Source: Phoronis australis
Lineage: Eukaryota > Animalia > Phoronida
Length of the DNA stretch: 64,000 bases
Assembly (NCBI GenBank): GCA_002633005.1
Contig: NMRA01000003.1
Span: forward strand, 2,594,883-2,658,882
Reading direction: 5' to 3'
In this document: piece by piece, positions 54,001 to 61,715 of the stretch
Layout: each line of letters starts with the position of its first letter
How positions within the stretch are numbered: position 1 is the stretch's first letter
Made by a program: the position numbers and the translations under genes
The notes under the pieces: model-generated
Database searches by the model: none
The model's input: the letters and a program-made list of their open reading frames with translations, nothing else
What the model was told of the DNA's origin: nothing

Positions 54001-56203
54001 CAACAGTGTGCACAGAAAATGGATTGATTGAATAACAAAAAATATTTTGTTATAGATAATGCCACTCTCTTTTGAAACAAAAATTATGAAACAAATGAAA
54101 GTAAATAATGATGATGATGAAAGAGAGAACTTTTTTAACCAGATACAAATACACAACACGAATATACAAACAAAAATATAATAATAACTGCTATCATATA
54201 ATATGTACACATTTCTTTTTATTTAAAGGGCATACTTTGCAGAATCTCATTTGGTTACCAACCAAGGTATAAACCGCTAGCGGCTGGTTACCAGTGATAA
54301 TTATTACAAGACGAATTCACAGATTTTTGTGTTTATTTAGAATACTGGCCGACACAATCCCAAATGGAAAGCACTGGAGATGGTCAACAGTTGTACAGAA
54401 TCACTAAACATTCGAACAAAAAATTACGACACGTCAGTTTTCATCATTATAGTTGTTTATAATATATTTTTAGAGCAGACAGAAAAGCCAAATAAGGAAT
54501 GAGTTATTGTTTTATTCAAAATGCATTCTAGAAAACATTGATCCAAAAGAAATGGCAAATTGTAATACAATCTGTTTTGCGCTTATATTTTTTTCGTTGG
54601 AAGCATATTATATGGTGGTCGATAATTTGAATTATTAGTAACGTGATCGGGAAATTGTAATGGTATTGTTGCGTGCATGTGTTCTCCAAGTGGCCGATAT
54701 TCTTGAATGAATTATGTGATGATGATAATGATGATGACATCACTGATGGTAATGAAGAAGACCAAATTTTGACTTTGTTGCACATAAAATTATGTGATTT
54801 GTACATGGTTACAAAACTAATTGTTAACACTGGGATTCACATTGAGATACCCAAGGGATGTGGCAATATGTTGAGAAAATAGTTTCTTACTGCATCTACT
54901 TCAACGTAGATTTACAAAAATATTTACCTACATAATTGACAGACAAACTCTGTTGAAAAATGACTAAGTACAAGACAGGTGATACTACAAAAGAAAAATA
55001 AACCAATTCTATGTTTCCCTGGCAACACCAACACCCATGGGAAATAGGATCACTACCACCTTTAGAAACATTTTTTTTGATTAATGCGAGGACAAAACCA
55101 AGCACATACAGGCATCTCGTCTTACGAATACAAAACATGTCGTTAGATAAGACAGATGCAAGGCTGAGCCAAAGTCAATTTAATCAGTGACATTCTAATC
55201 AATTATTATCAAGTAAACAAGTTTTTATTCTGTTCTCAGATAACAGCAATCTTGCGAGGGGCGTAGTCTCGTTATTTTAACATGAATTAAGCACTGACAT
55301 CTTGAAAAGAGCCCAAATCAATTAGACAAGTAGCATTAATTTTCAATAACCATTACATGGACATAGGACTGAAGATATGCAAAGTCATTAACTTGACAGT
55401 GAGCATAACTTAGAATCCCAACATAAAGTCAAATATTCTATTACCAATAGTTTTACTAAATTGCTTTTGTACACATGTGCGTATTTGTGTGCGTGTAAGT
55501 TACACCACTGAGTGATACAGAATAATTTCTTTCCTGTACGACACAGACCTACCTTTTCCAAAGCATCCCCATCATCTCCAATGCTGGACGGACTATCCAA
55601 TACTTCAGGCGGGACATAGGGACAACTTCTATCGTACATCGTAAAACTATTGTCCCTGTTGAAATGAACACGACCAGCTGCTGACAGCATAAGTGTATCT
55701 GGGGTGATGACAAATGTAGAACTCCCACCACTATTGTGGTTTTCTGAAACAGAATCAAAAGCATAAAAAATACACCACAGTAAAGACTAGCAAATCCCCT
55801 AACGTTTAAACATAGCACCGGGTATGAGTCCACCTCCCACTTTTGTTTTCCCCCATGCCAAAGCCCACCTGCTCAGGTACAAGCTTACTTTACTTTATGT
55901 TCTTCTCAGTCCGCGTCAAATCAACATTTTCTTTCGCTTGCAGGTCGTGGCTACCTCAAAGCTGTCTAGAAAAACATGTTGACAGCGCGCATTCCCTGAG
56001 TGACCACGAGCTGGTAACAAAAACATTTTCACTGCAGAAAGCCCCACAACTGAAGAAGTCCATACATGCCCACCTTTCAAGAACACATCCTGCAGTGCTT
56101 CACACGCTTGACAGAGCAAAGCCCACACTTCTTGCTCTTGGAGGGCACTCCCTTGCACCTCCAGCGCCTCAATGAGTGACACTCCAACATTGAGACCAGG
56201 CAT
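1..56203 (-). CDS. PTPN13: Tyrosine-protein phosphatase non-receptor type 13-like (KIND-FERM-5xPDZ-PTP), 35 coding exons in window, 3' end truncated by window edge
   Basis: Manually spliced exons are phase-consistent with GT-AG boundaries (8074 nt). N-terminus VSLIEALEVQGSALQEQEVWALL resembles vertebrate PTPN13 MHVSLAEALEVRGGPLQEEEIWAVL. PDZ2 has the diagnostic GGVNTSVKHGGIYVK. FGPEFV precedes the FERM domain, and the last exon encodes KNRY (PTP motif 1). Confidence 0.96.
489..1302 (-). CDS. PTPN13: PTPN13 coding exon 34: Ser/Asp-rich linker and pre-PTP helix region
   Basis: Acceptor tttcag, donor gtaggt. Ends GQYSGHAVQSIISQLQAKIDREEPLEEYK, similar to the segment preceding the vertebrate PTPN13 PTP domain. 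Confidence 0.9.
1418..1490 (-). pseudogene. tRNA-like sequence (Asn GTT-like loop); tRNA pseudogene or SINE head
   Basis: Minus strand GTCCTGA...TCAGGAC 7-bp acceptor stem, A-box TGGCTCAGTAGG, B-box GTTCGAGTCC, loop CTGTTAG. Anticodon stem does not pair and the T-stem has a mismatch. Confidence 0.65.
3087..3335. mobile_element. MITE family A copy 1 (TIR CAGGGCTTGGAAT, 6-bp TSD ATTTAA)
   Basis: CAGGGCTTGGAAT...ATTCCAAGCCCAG flanked by ATTTAA at 3081-3086 and 3336-3341. Homologous to copies at 4128-8917 and 23964-24197. Confidence 0.85.
4495..5250 (+). pseudogene. LINE ORF1 remnant (coiled coil plus L1-ORF1/Transposase_22-like RRM-CTD)
   Basis: MPPKNTQNQ* then frameshifted LESKLDDLENRSRRDNFIFHGIPE, IERAHRIG, HPIIVR, FVTQDFS, motifs typical of L1-type ORF1. 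Contains stops and frameshifts. Confidence 0.8.
5255..8653 (+). pseudogene. LINE ORF2 remnant (APE endonuclease, reverse transcriptase, C-terminal Cys/His motif)
   Basis: SWNAQG, ICETW, SGGV, GDLNAR, LVDY, SDH (APE). QTGFRKGYST, FVDFSKAFD, LYADD at 7479-7490, YKYLG (RT). ERGRH..CELC..H...C at the C-terminus. Broken into many frames. Confidence 0.92.
10246..10337 (-). CDS. PTPN13: PTPN13 coding exon 33: PDZ5 C-terminal half
   Basis: VNGESVIGMTQSRAVAVLRKTRGVVTLAVSR; tttcag acceptor, gtatgg donor. Confidence 0.92.
11436..11481. repeat. (CAT/CGC-CAT)n trinucleotide microsatellite
   Basis: catcatcatcatcatcatcac run; source of the spurious poly-His/poly-Ile ORFs. Confidence 0.85.
13069..13351. 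mobile_element. Fold-back MITE (about 283-bp imperfect palindrome, TA ends)
   Basis: TATGCAGAAAATTTTGAGTCATTACTGAACTTACTTGAGATAAAAG mirrored by CTTTTATCTCAAGTAAGTTTAGTAATGACTCATAATTTTCTGCATA; pairing continues nearly to the centre. Confidence 0.85.
15726..16114. mobile_element. MITE family B (PIF/Harbinger-like, TIR GGCCCRGTCTC, 3-bp TSD CAG)
   Basis: cag|GGCCCGGTCTCCAATCTTTTTACTCGAAA...TTTCGAGTACAAAGATTAGAGACTGGGCC|cag; related copy near 28403-28779. Confidence 0.75.
17490..17657 (-). CDS. PTPN13: PTPN13 coding exon 32: PDZ5 N-terminal half
   Basis: SGAIRIDLTKPINGGLGFSLV...DGRLRVGDKLLQ; GLGF motif; phase 0/0. Confidence 0.93.
18604..18943. mobile_element. MITE family C copy 1 (TIR AGACCCTTTCATACT, Harbinger-like)
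   Basis: AGACCCTTTCATACT...AGTATGAAAGGGTCT; internal similarity to 19741-20237. Confidence 0.75.
19741..20237. mobile_element. MITE family C copy 2
   Basis: AGGCCCTTTCATA...TATGAAAGGCTCT; shares the GTGACGCTG..GTCATCAAAGT..GCAAGGTAGC block with copy 1. Confidence 0.7.
23964..24197. mobile_element. MITE family A copy 3 (uninterrupted)
   Basis: CAGGGCTTGGAAT...ATTCCAAGCTCTG; TSD TTTAAT/TTTAGT (1 mismatch). Confidence 0.85.
26854..27342 (-). CDS. PTPN13: PTPN13 coding exon 31: acidic PDZ4-PDZ5 linker
   Basis: ELAEKYSTDG...MATQPE; donor gtaagg. Acceptor is a weaker tttaag, so the 5' boundary is less certain. Confidence 0.8.
27480..28210 (+). mobile_element. Penelope-like retroelement 3' remnant (GIY-YIG endonuclease plus pLTR-like tail), interrupted by a SINE
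   Basis: Decayed translation GAV*NIPCSNCDACYIGE..NFGYRLRKHR..SAITDHA..WDSSKI, resuming after the SINE as ..NWDEGSYKLS. Downstream CTGAAGA..GAAA and CATGACCTGGAT..CTGAGAAC resemble Penelope terminal-repeat motifs. Confidence 0.75.
27753..27906 (-). mobile_element. Short tRNA-derived SINE with about 15-bp TSD
   Basis: A-box TGGCGTAGTG, B-box GGTTCGAGTCCC, AATAAA and A-rich tail. TSD TCGTAGCAGGATAAT (27738-27752) / TCGTGGCAGGATAAT (27907-27921). Confidence 0.85.
28403..28779. mobile_element. MITE family B degraded copy
   Basis: AATCTTTGTACTC start, shared AACTCAAGATA(A/G)GTGTCTATTATT block, ends TTTCGGGTACAAAGGTT..AGGGCCCTG. Confidence 0.6.
29245..29430 (-). CDS. PTPN13: PTPN13 coding exon 30: PDZ4 C-terminal half
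   Basis: VNDQEMVEMTHSDAVKFLRSTPQTVTIIVYRD...; gtaaga donor. Confidence 0.92.
29731..30143. mobile_element. Degenerate inverted-repeat element (MITE-like)
   Basis: AACAGTCCCAAATAGGGACTCAACTAAG..TAAAT mirrored by ATTTAGGGGTCTTAGATGAGTCCTTATTTGGGACAGTT. Confidence 0.55.
30145..30700 (-). mobile_element. L1/Tx1-like LINE ORF2 C-terminal remnant
   Basis: LFFWECGVVQIFW..NWV..VIFG..IICLGKRQIYRAR fits the HLFWEC..FW..IFG..K.YIY pattern of L1/Tx1 ORF2 C-termini. Upstream boundary is approximate. Confidence 0.55.
30852..31004 (-). CDS. PTPN13: PTPN13 coding exon 29: PDZ4 N-terminal half
   Basis: EIEVTLTKQPGGGLGFTVGGG...DGRLQPGDQLMM. Confidence 0.93.
31177..32187 (-). CDS. PTPN13: PTPN13 coding exon 28: long Ser/Thr-rich PDZ3-PDZ4 linker
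   Basis: 1011-nt open exon GRDSPYDRDAMSPVS...SSIEG; ttctag acceptor, gttagt donor; phase 0/0. Confidence 0.88.
32543..32635 (-). CDS. PTPN13: PTPN13 coding exon 27: PDZ3 end
   Basis: ETVTLLRTAPPVTRLLLCRPQPGILPPLPER. Confidence 0.92.
33120..33334 (-). CDS. PTPN13: PTPN13 coding exon 26: PDZ3
   Basis: NTFEVDLQKGSSGLGFS...GKLEVGDVILEVNGKSIRGMTHN. Confidence 0.94.
35117..35452. mobile_element. MITE with long imperfect TIRs (GGGTACCA ends)
   Basis: GGGTACCA..CATCGCATCTTACGCACAAACCACC..CGAACCTA mirrored by TAGGTTCGTAGGTGGTTTGTGCGTAAGATGCGATG..TGGTACCC. Confidence 0.75.
35586..35703 (-). CDS. PTPN13: PTPN13 coding exon 25
   Basis: TPPVTPGLSEYDSVSMGRKSEKDGTDGGEEDSSYHFVNK; phase 0 to 1 bridges flanking exons. 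Not in the ORF track. Confidence 0.85.
35948..36041. repeat. 12-bp tandem repeat (GTCCTAGTGTAK) x about 8
   Basis: Directly visible. Confidence 0.9.
36284..36438 (-). CDS. PTPN13: PTPN13 coding exon 24: PDZ2 end
   Basis: GDRVLFVNDVSLEGVTHKQAVETLR... Confidence 0.94.
37376..37469 (-). CDS. PTPN13: PTPN13 coding exon 23: PDZ2 middle
   Basis: GGVNTSVKHGGIYVKTLVQEGAADQCGRIRI. Confidence 0.95.
37797..37955. repeat. Compound (TG)n microsatellite with 24-bp superunit GTGTGTAACTGCATGTGTGTGCGC
   Basis: Directly visible; generates spurious HT/CV-rich ORFs. Confidence 0.9.
38074..38227 (-). CDS. PTPN13: PTPN13 coding exon 22: PDZ2 start
   Basis: ...SPGDRYEVLLDKINNSLGLNVT; gtaagt donor. Confidence 0.93.
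38522..38684 (-). CDS. PTPN13: PTPN13 coding exon 21: linker
   Basis: DESVEVDSEVT...PGSNF; phase 1 to 2 consistent. Confidence 0.85.
39578..40279 (-). CDS. PTPN13: PTPN13 coding exon 20: PDZ1 end and linker
   Basis: GDRIVAINGQSLEGMPQQVAVDLIKNSPRQVQLLLSQ... Confidence 0.93.
40708..41193. repeat. Minisatellite: 38-bp monomers in a 114-bp (3x38) higher-order repeat, ending at the N at 41194
   Basis: TGCCAGACACGCACTACTACAAGGTGTGAACCATGCCT and two variant monomers repeated identically about 3.5 times; shorter related array at about 41676-41855. Confidence 0.92.
41940..42146 (-). CDS. PTPN13: PTPN13 coding exon 19: PDZ1 start
   Basis: SPERHITMVAVAKDSSGGLGITVVGGEDPRALDLGIFIKTVIPGGPAD, similar to vertebrate PTPN13 PDZ1. 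Confidence 0.95.
43061..43197 (-). CDS. PTPN13: PTPN13 coding exon 18: FERM-PDZ1 linker
   Basis: PPLFANDHPL...KAYVV; phase 2 to 1. Confidence 0.82.
43820..43932 (-). CDS. PTPN13: PTPN13 coding exon 17: linker
   Basis: ISKLSSGYNPLQEESPYTEVQLAGSRRVTKSHAGSFN; phase 0 to 2 is needed to join its neighbours. Confidence 0.75.
44764..45010. mobile_element. Degenerate Harbinger-like MITE
   Basis: cag|GGACCGCTCCAAGAAAACTGGCTTAG...TTAAGTCAGTTTCTTGGTACAGGTTC|ctg inverted ends. Confidence 0.5.
45101..45222 (-). CDS. PTPN13: PTPN13 coding exon 16: linker
   Basis: DYPSEGAMTDKVEYVPIPERDD...DMEE; phase 1 to 0. Confidence 0.8.
46044..46135 (-). CDS. PTPN13: PTPN13 coding exon 15: FERM F3 end
   Basis: GRYLLQQCTTQHRFQIQMRSR, compare vertebrate YLLHLCSYQHKFQLQMRAR. 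Confidence 0.92.
46873..47093 (-). CDS. PTPN13: PTPN13 coding exon 14: FERM F3
   Basis: HIWAGLSVHGLYL...HPWVQTEKISFNRRRFSI. Confidence 0.92.
47298..47348 (-). CDS. PTPN13: PTPN13 coding exon 13: FERM F2/F3 junction
   Basis: ESQKLEEYGIHFHKVLK (LxxYG motif). Confidence 0.9.
47793..48084 (-). CDS. PTPN13: PTPN13 coding exon 12: FERM F2
   Basis: HLFYLQLRRDVLEER..LSALALQAEYGDY..YFQPEHY. Confidence 0.95.
48326..48473 (-). CDS. PTPN13: PTPN13 coding exon 11: FERM F1
   Basis: GEHFFIDADTKLHKVAPADWK..FTLFFRVRFYV. Confidence 0.94.
49021..49258 (-). CDS. PTPN13: PTPN13 coding exon 10: FERM start
   Basis: RHFGPEFV..RKVNVVLLSGERLLVAC..HLSLPEHYFFGI. Not in the ORF track. Confidence 0.94.
49906..50098 (-). 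CDS. PTPN13: PTPN13 coding exon 9
   Basis: REAPDDVLDP...NTDSK; phase 2 to 0. Confidence 0.82.
50504..50690 (-). CDS. PTPN13: PTPN13 coding exon 8
   Basis: SYRPHLYPQYGSTVAL...KKPAGS; phase 1 to 2. Confidence 0.85.
51085..51762 (-). CDS. PTPN13: PTPN13 coding exon 7: Ser/Arg-rich KIND-FERM linker
   Basis: 678-nt open exon including RLKERRRKLEVLRR; gtaagt donor. Confidence 0.88.
52498..52633 (-). CDS. PTPN13: PTPN13 coding exon 6
   Basis: MTSLFVDATPSKSPTR...SKDRH; phase 0 to 1. Confidence 0.8.
52945..53040 (-). CDS. PTPN13: PTPN13 coding exon 5: KIND end
   Basis: ACSDHSQKQTSAPPYSHYISSLYKLVLGSTED. Confidence 0.9.
53317..53409 (-). CDS. PTPN13: PTPN13 coding exon 4: KIND
   Basis: ELGFSDGLDSLLCAMCEETPHLRLSLVKVLE. 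Confidence 0.9.
53539..53668. repeat. Small inverted repeat / mini-MITE (about 130 bp)
   Basis: TGTTACCTATCAGCAGCCTGGTTATATTTG mirrored by CAAATATAACCAAGCCGCCGATAGGTAACA. Confidence 0.7.
53906..53971 (-). CDS. PTPN13: PTPN13 coding exon 3: KIND
   Basis: INVFSLGMTMYNAADYNLPKNQ, compare vertebrate IYSLGMTLYWGADY. Confidence 0.93.
55553..55743 (-). CDS. PTPN13: PTPN13 coding exon 2: KIND
   Basis: FVITPDTLMLSAAGRVHF..PYVPPEVL..ALEK. Confidence 0.93.
56074..56203 (-). CDS. PTPN13: PTPN13 coding exon 1: start codon and KIND start (exon acceptor at 56216)
   Basis: MPGLNVGVSLIEALEVQGSALQEQEVWALLCQACEALQDVFLK; cctttcag acceptor 13 nt upstream of the ATG implies a further 5'UTR exon. Confidence 0.92.
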
Positions 56204-56897
56204 GCTGTTGGCTGGTCTGAAAGGTAACAAATTTCAACAATTCAGTGAAGGTTGATGCACAGTGGACTTGGTAATTTATTCAAAAAGCTAAAAAAAAAAC
56301 AGCAACAGCACTAAACAAAAGCTGTACCAATTCACCATCACAAACTTTTGAATACAATTCTAGTCCAACTCAATGCCCAGGGTAGTTAACTGAGAAAATG
56401 AAAATCAGGTGATGGGTGTTAAAAACAAAAATTGGGGGAGGTTCACTTTCAGAATGGTGGATAGATTAACATCAGGGAGCTTCATTTATGTCAGATTTTA
56501 TGAGGAAGATAAATAAAACGTTGACAGAAATCAATATGTACAAAATGCCACTGAGACATCTGGATTTAGCAAAAAAAAAACAACATGTATGACTCCAAGG
56601 ACAGACATTCACAGTGGGTTTGAGCATGATACAATCATAAAGACAAAATCATAGTTCGACTGTGAAAGCTGTGAGTTTAGTGGTATGGAACTTTATTTGA
56701 ATCACTGCAGATTAACTTTACCTAAAGCAATATCGTACATGTCCAAAAATTTAATGGAAACTTATAGTGGAGAATTTGGAGATGGGTGTTAAGCTGAACA
56801 TGGAGTAGACACTGATGTGGACGACTTACAGTACGGCCTAGCAGGGACAGTACTGTGATAGTGATCAATATATCACAATTCTCTAACATCACACAAA

Positions 56898-57449
56898 AGC
56901 TGCTTTCGCATTAGAGTTAGTCCAGACTAGTTTGTGGTCAGAACAAATTTTAGATCAGCGTGATAACCCACAGTACCAAATTGTCACCTTTCTCACTAGA
57001 CCAGACTAACATTCCACCATCTTAACTTTAACACTTCATCACACTAAACACAAGATGTCGCTGCACTACAGCACAATATGGATCTGACAACCAATTGCGA
57101 GGTCTATTCTTATTTAGACATGTTTAAGTTTAAATTATACAGTGAACAATGAGCAGACAGAAATAGCCAAAACACCAAGAGTGTCTGAAATGACGGGAAG
57201 AACTTGCGAGAAGAGGGGAGATAATTTAGGACGGTCAAGCAAAATAGTCCGGATAAAACCTATCACATTGCACTTGCATAATCAAACCAACTTTAATCCA
57301 CTCGCCTGTCTGGTCTTTTCGAGTGTGCTAACTTTAATACTGCACTTAATTTAGACCGGTCTAAATAACCTTTCGCATTGGGTATAAAATTCTTGTGGTC
57401 AAGAAAGAATGTTAGTCCACCATACTAAATCGTTAATGTGAAAGGCCCT
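56898..57449. mobile_element. Degenerate Harbinger-like MITE
   Basis: AGCTGCTTTCGCATTA...TAATGTGAAAGGCCCT ends with internal TAGTCCAGACTA palindromic units. Confidence 0.45.
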
Positions 57450-57597
57450 TAAGTCAAGGAAAATAAAACGAACATGCCTACAGTGACCCTGCATGGTTTA
57501 TTTTATGTCATATTCAAGTATGTACATTTCTTCTTTTCACACATGGTCATTAACTCTATTGATCACTTTACATTACTTGAATCCAATAACAATAAAA

Positions 57598-57692
57598 TTT
57601 TACCAACAAATAGGTGCAGTAACATAATTGTACCAACACAATAGATGCAGTAACATAATTGTACCAACACAATAGATGCACTACCATAATTG
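57598..57692. repeat. About 31-bp tandem repeat x3
   Basis: GTACCAACACAATAGATGCAGTAACATAATT repeated. Confidence 0.8.
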
Positions 57693-59930
57693 GCAATTCG
57701 TTTTTTATCTAAGGTGTCAGGTACTGTTGTAACCAATTTAGCAACTGCATTTGAAACAAGAATCTTTTAGTTTGAAGAAAAATAAGAAAGGTTAAGTAAA
57801 TAGTCTACTATCTCTGTCACTTAGAAATTCATGGGTAAAAGTGGAATTTTTATCTCGCAAGCATATTTCTGTTTCTAACTCTTGAAACATGGAACCAATT
57901 TAACCAAGTACTTTCATTAGAGATTTTCACAGGTTTCAAACTACTGTCCCTAAGCTTGTGCTAGATTTGAACATTGAAATTTATTACTTTTTAAAGATAA
58001 ACACCAGCAAAGCCACTTACAATATAATAACAAGCAATATGTTATTTGGACTTGGTTATTATATTCAAATTTGTTAGTTCTTCTATTCAACGAACATTTT
58101 ATACTTTGAATGTCCAGACACACTATCAACATTTTAAGACAGTTAAGATTTACAATTCCTTTTTCTGAGAATCACCAAGTAGGCAAGCCCTCCCGGGACT
58201 ACATACATTCAGGTGATTATATGCAAGTAATTGCAGATAATCACAAAGGAGAGATCAGTAAAAAACATTCTGATTCTAAACATAAATCACAAATGTACAC
58301 CAACTTTTTAAAACTGAGAAATTTGTCAGTCGAATTTGTTTTCATGATTTTGCGAAGCTGGCAGTCCTAGTATATTGGGCAAAATTAAGTTTAGGATACG
58401 AGTAAAACTTCTCCAGTTTGGGACATCTCTATAATTTGGGAAACACAAGATTGGGATATGGACAACTTTGGCGTTATCAAATTTCTCAAATACTAGACAC
58501 TTTGTTTTGTATTTATCAGCAACCAAGGTCTGAAAATAAACTCGACAGTCCACAAAAATGTCAAAAATAGCCACCAAACATCTCCACATTGTCCCATAGT
58601 GTGTAACATCGAGGTGAATCTAATTCTTGAAATTTGGACAGCCAATGTTTCAAACTGCGACCTTGAGCTAAATAATTTTTTGCCCTTAATCTTTTCCTGA
58701 ATTCAAACCAGTGCTAAGACTATTTTCTGAAAACAGTGGAACTTGTTGGATAATTATCTCATCACTGAGATTGTTTGGCCAAATTAGTTAGAAACGCAAC
58801 ATTGAGCTTCACATTCACCTACTTCGCATTCACGTCGTGAATGTGAAGTAGGTCGAAAATTACCGAATGTTTTTAAGAACGAGTTCTGAGGCGAAAATGA
58901 TCCCCTGCAAATCACTGAACCGTGTCCAGTAAGTATCGTGACGTGGTGCTGCGGGAATAACGCCGCATGATGACCACGTTTAACACTGCGCGCGGCAGGT
59001 GGTATGACGTCATATCCCCTGGTGTGCGCAGTGTAAAAATGGTCAATTGCCGATTTCAGGAACTGAACAAAGGGACTGCTCTAAGAAAAAGTTTCATAGC
59101 AGCAATATTTGTTCGAATTCGAAGGAATTAAAGACATCGACGGCCTCCTAAGGTGTCCCTCTATGGCGCTATGCGCATAAGGACATAAGGTATTTATAGC
59201 AACATGAGTTAGACGTTTTAACCGGTGTGAGGCATAGTTCGCCAAAAAGCTTTCGGCATATGAAGTGCCTATAGGAGCCACACCGCCTCTACTGAGCCAG
59301 CTAGAGACGTTGGTCACTGTCCAAAGCAACGCACGTTAGTATTGATAAGCGTCCAATGATCCAATCACATCAAAAGTCATCAAAACGGACACTCGGACAA
59401 ACGTGTGAGACTAGACTCGTAGCTGGTCTGTAAATAACTACTTACAGAGTGAGATTGGAGCCGTGAGGATTTCAATAACATTACAGAGACATGAACACAG
59501 AACCGCGAACAAGTCGACAGTCAACAAACCAATTGGCAAAGGTTCCAGTCGCCAGTGGCAGTGGCAGTGGCAGTGAATGTCATGGGGGACACACGCAAGT
59601 AAAAGCTGGGAAAAAAAGGTAATGACAGGGTTTGGAAGACCAATTAAGTCTTTTAGGGTGGTTGATTAAAATGATGAATCACTGACCTCACCTGATGAAC
59701 TTAAAGGACGTCAATTACAAATATAAATAACTAACTGAAGTTCCGTTCCTTCAACAACTCGTAGTATTTTGGTCGCCATTTTGAATACTATCGAGGACAA
59801 CAAAGCCATCTGATTGGATAATGACCTAACAGGTACTCTTCAGACATGGGAGATAATTTGTCACACCTGTTAGCCCCCGCGATCATTTTCACGAAACACG
59901 TCGCTCTAGTCGGTTGCTGTGTTGGCTTAC

Positions 59931-60450
59931 GTATACCCCGCGATAGATGAGGTATTTGGGATACACCGGCGTCGCAGGTGCCCCGGCCGAGGAGGAGCCG
60001 GTCTGCCCGACCTGGGATTTCTTAGCTCAGTGGAACCCCGGGGAAACTTCACTCATACTGACGGTGCATGTGTACAAAAACTAGCTGAGAGACCCCCTGC
60101 GGGTGCCTCAGTCTTTACTGAATTCCCACACGGCTCCAGCTTTTGCGGGGTCGTACTGCAGGAAATCGGACGGAGCCGGGGCGTCTCATTTTGCGGGGTT
60201 GAGACTAATGCGGTGAGCCTTTTGCTGGGGATGAAATGAAAATTTAGAGGCCTGTTTGGACCCCGGCCGCGTGGGTTCCGCAAAACTTGCTGATCACCCA
60301 ACTGTTGAGACTCGACCAGACCCGGCGCCGGGCTACCCGGACCCGCGACCTACAGTTGTCATGACAGGCTGCAGATCTCCGTGTAGTTCTCCGCTGTGCC
60401 CGACGAAAATGTGGACGCATATGAACCAAACACGGGGATAACTTGGCAAA
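59931..60450 (-). promoter_or_regulatory. GC/CpG-rich putative promoter and non-coding first exon of PTPN13
   Basis: Local CpG-rich island in an AT-rich background, ending at a donor-like GTAAGC at 59930. No in-frame ATG downstream of the last in-frame stop. The TSS cannot be fixed from sequence. Confidence 0.6.
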
Positions 60451-61372
60451 ATACAGTCATTGTCGACTGAAATTGTAAGGAACGTAAATTGAGACACATA
60501 GTCCTAACATGCGGATCGTCTGTGATCTTTAACCATTGATCTTAAGTATACAATTTTTAATCTATGGAATAACCTTACATTTGCTTGTTATAAATGTGAC
60601 CGGAAACGAAGCTGGGCAGTCACTTAGCGGCAGTGAACCTGCTTTCTAGAGGTTGCAAAGTTTAAATTCCTTTTATGCGAACACGACAATTCTACATACA
60701 AAAATCTTCAATTAAAAACATCCATTAGACAGACTAAATTGTTTCGGTGCTGACGTGCATGATACCGGTGACTAATACATGTACAAACTTTAAAAGAAAA
60801 AAAGGATCTAGGCCCGCCGTGGATAAATATTCATTTGATCTATTAAAAAATCAAGTAAATGGAAAATCTATTTTGCTCTGTTTCGACATTGTGTCAATGG
60901 TAATTTATTTGTCAGCATTCAAGTATGTTATGTACTACAAACAATTTTTTTATTTGCCAAAAATAACACATTGACTCAACAAGCGTTATATCTGAACTTC
61001 TACCTTGCCCAGATTAGAAACGATTACAGATCCCTTGGGGCCATGCAGGCCTAAAAGTTGTTATACTATTAGGGTAAGAATTTATAACAACTTGACTAAG
61101 GACGATGTCATATTTTGAAAATGAAGTTAAGCTTTTTAGCATTGAAAAGAGAAACGATTGGCGATTTCATAAGTCGAGACGTTCGATGCATTTTTGTCCT
61201 AAGAAGCGCCAGAAGACATGAAATGATCCCTGTATAGATAAGACTTGGTGTAGGAGCACACTAACTTTTCGAAAGATTCTGCTCTCTGATGCCCCGTCTA
61301 GCGATAAAATGGGGAATAAATACTTCATCAATAAATAAATGAACACAGTATGATAAGAAATCTTGATCAAAG

Positions 61373-61378
61373 TTTATT
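61373..61378 (-). terminator. Candidate polyadenylation signal AATAAA for the kinase-like gene
   Basis: First AATAAA I found on the minus strand, about 340 nt after the stop. Confidence 0.4.
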
Positions 61379-61715
61379 ACAAAGAAAGGTAAAATCAATA
61401 CAAAGCAATTAATCGTCTAATCAACTTTCTGATAATGGTTGTAAACAAAAACTTCACCCAAGTCAGAAGACCGTCATAAGCCCCACCACATTACATCAGC
61501 AAATTAGCAAGTTGATCGAAACAATGTCTTAACGAGCGTCATTGGTATTCTTGCTTAGTTATTCTAGGTTCAGCGGCCGTTGCTCTGATATAGTACAAGC
61601 GTTTGGAAAAGTCAGGTGTGCGCGGATTTTTGCTGCCGACTTATCATCAAGGGCAGGCCTCGGCACGCATATCATGCACACGCATGACGTGGCATCATTA
61701 TCCTGACATAGACTT

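Noticed and set aside
59919-60441. Several overlapping ORFs on both strands as a small gene
   Set aside because: Expected from the locally high GC content. Several start at non-ATG codons, and the frame matching PTPN13 has a stop at 60053-60055.
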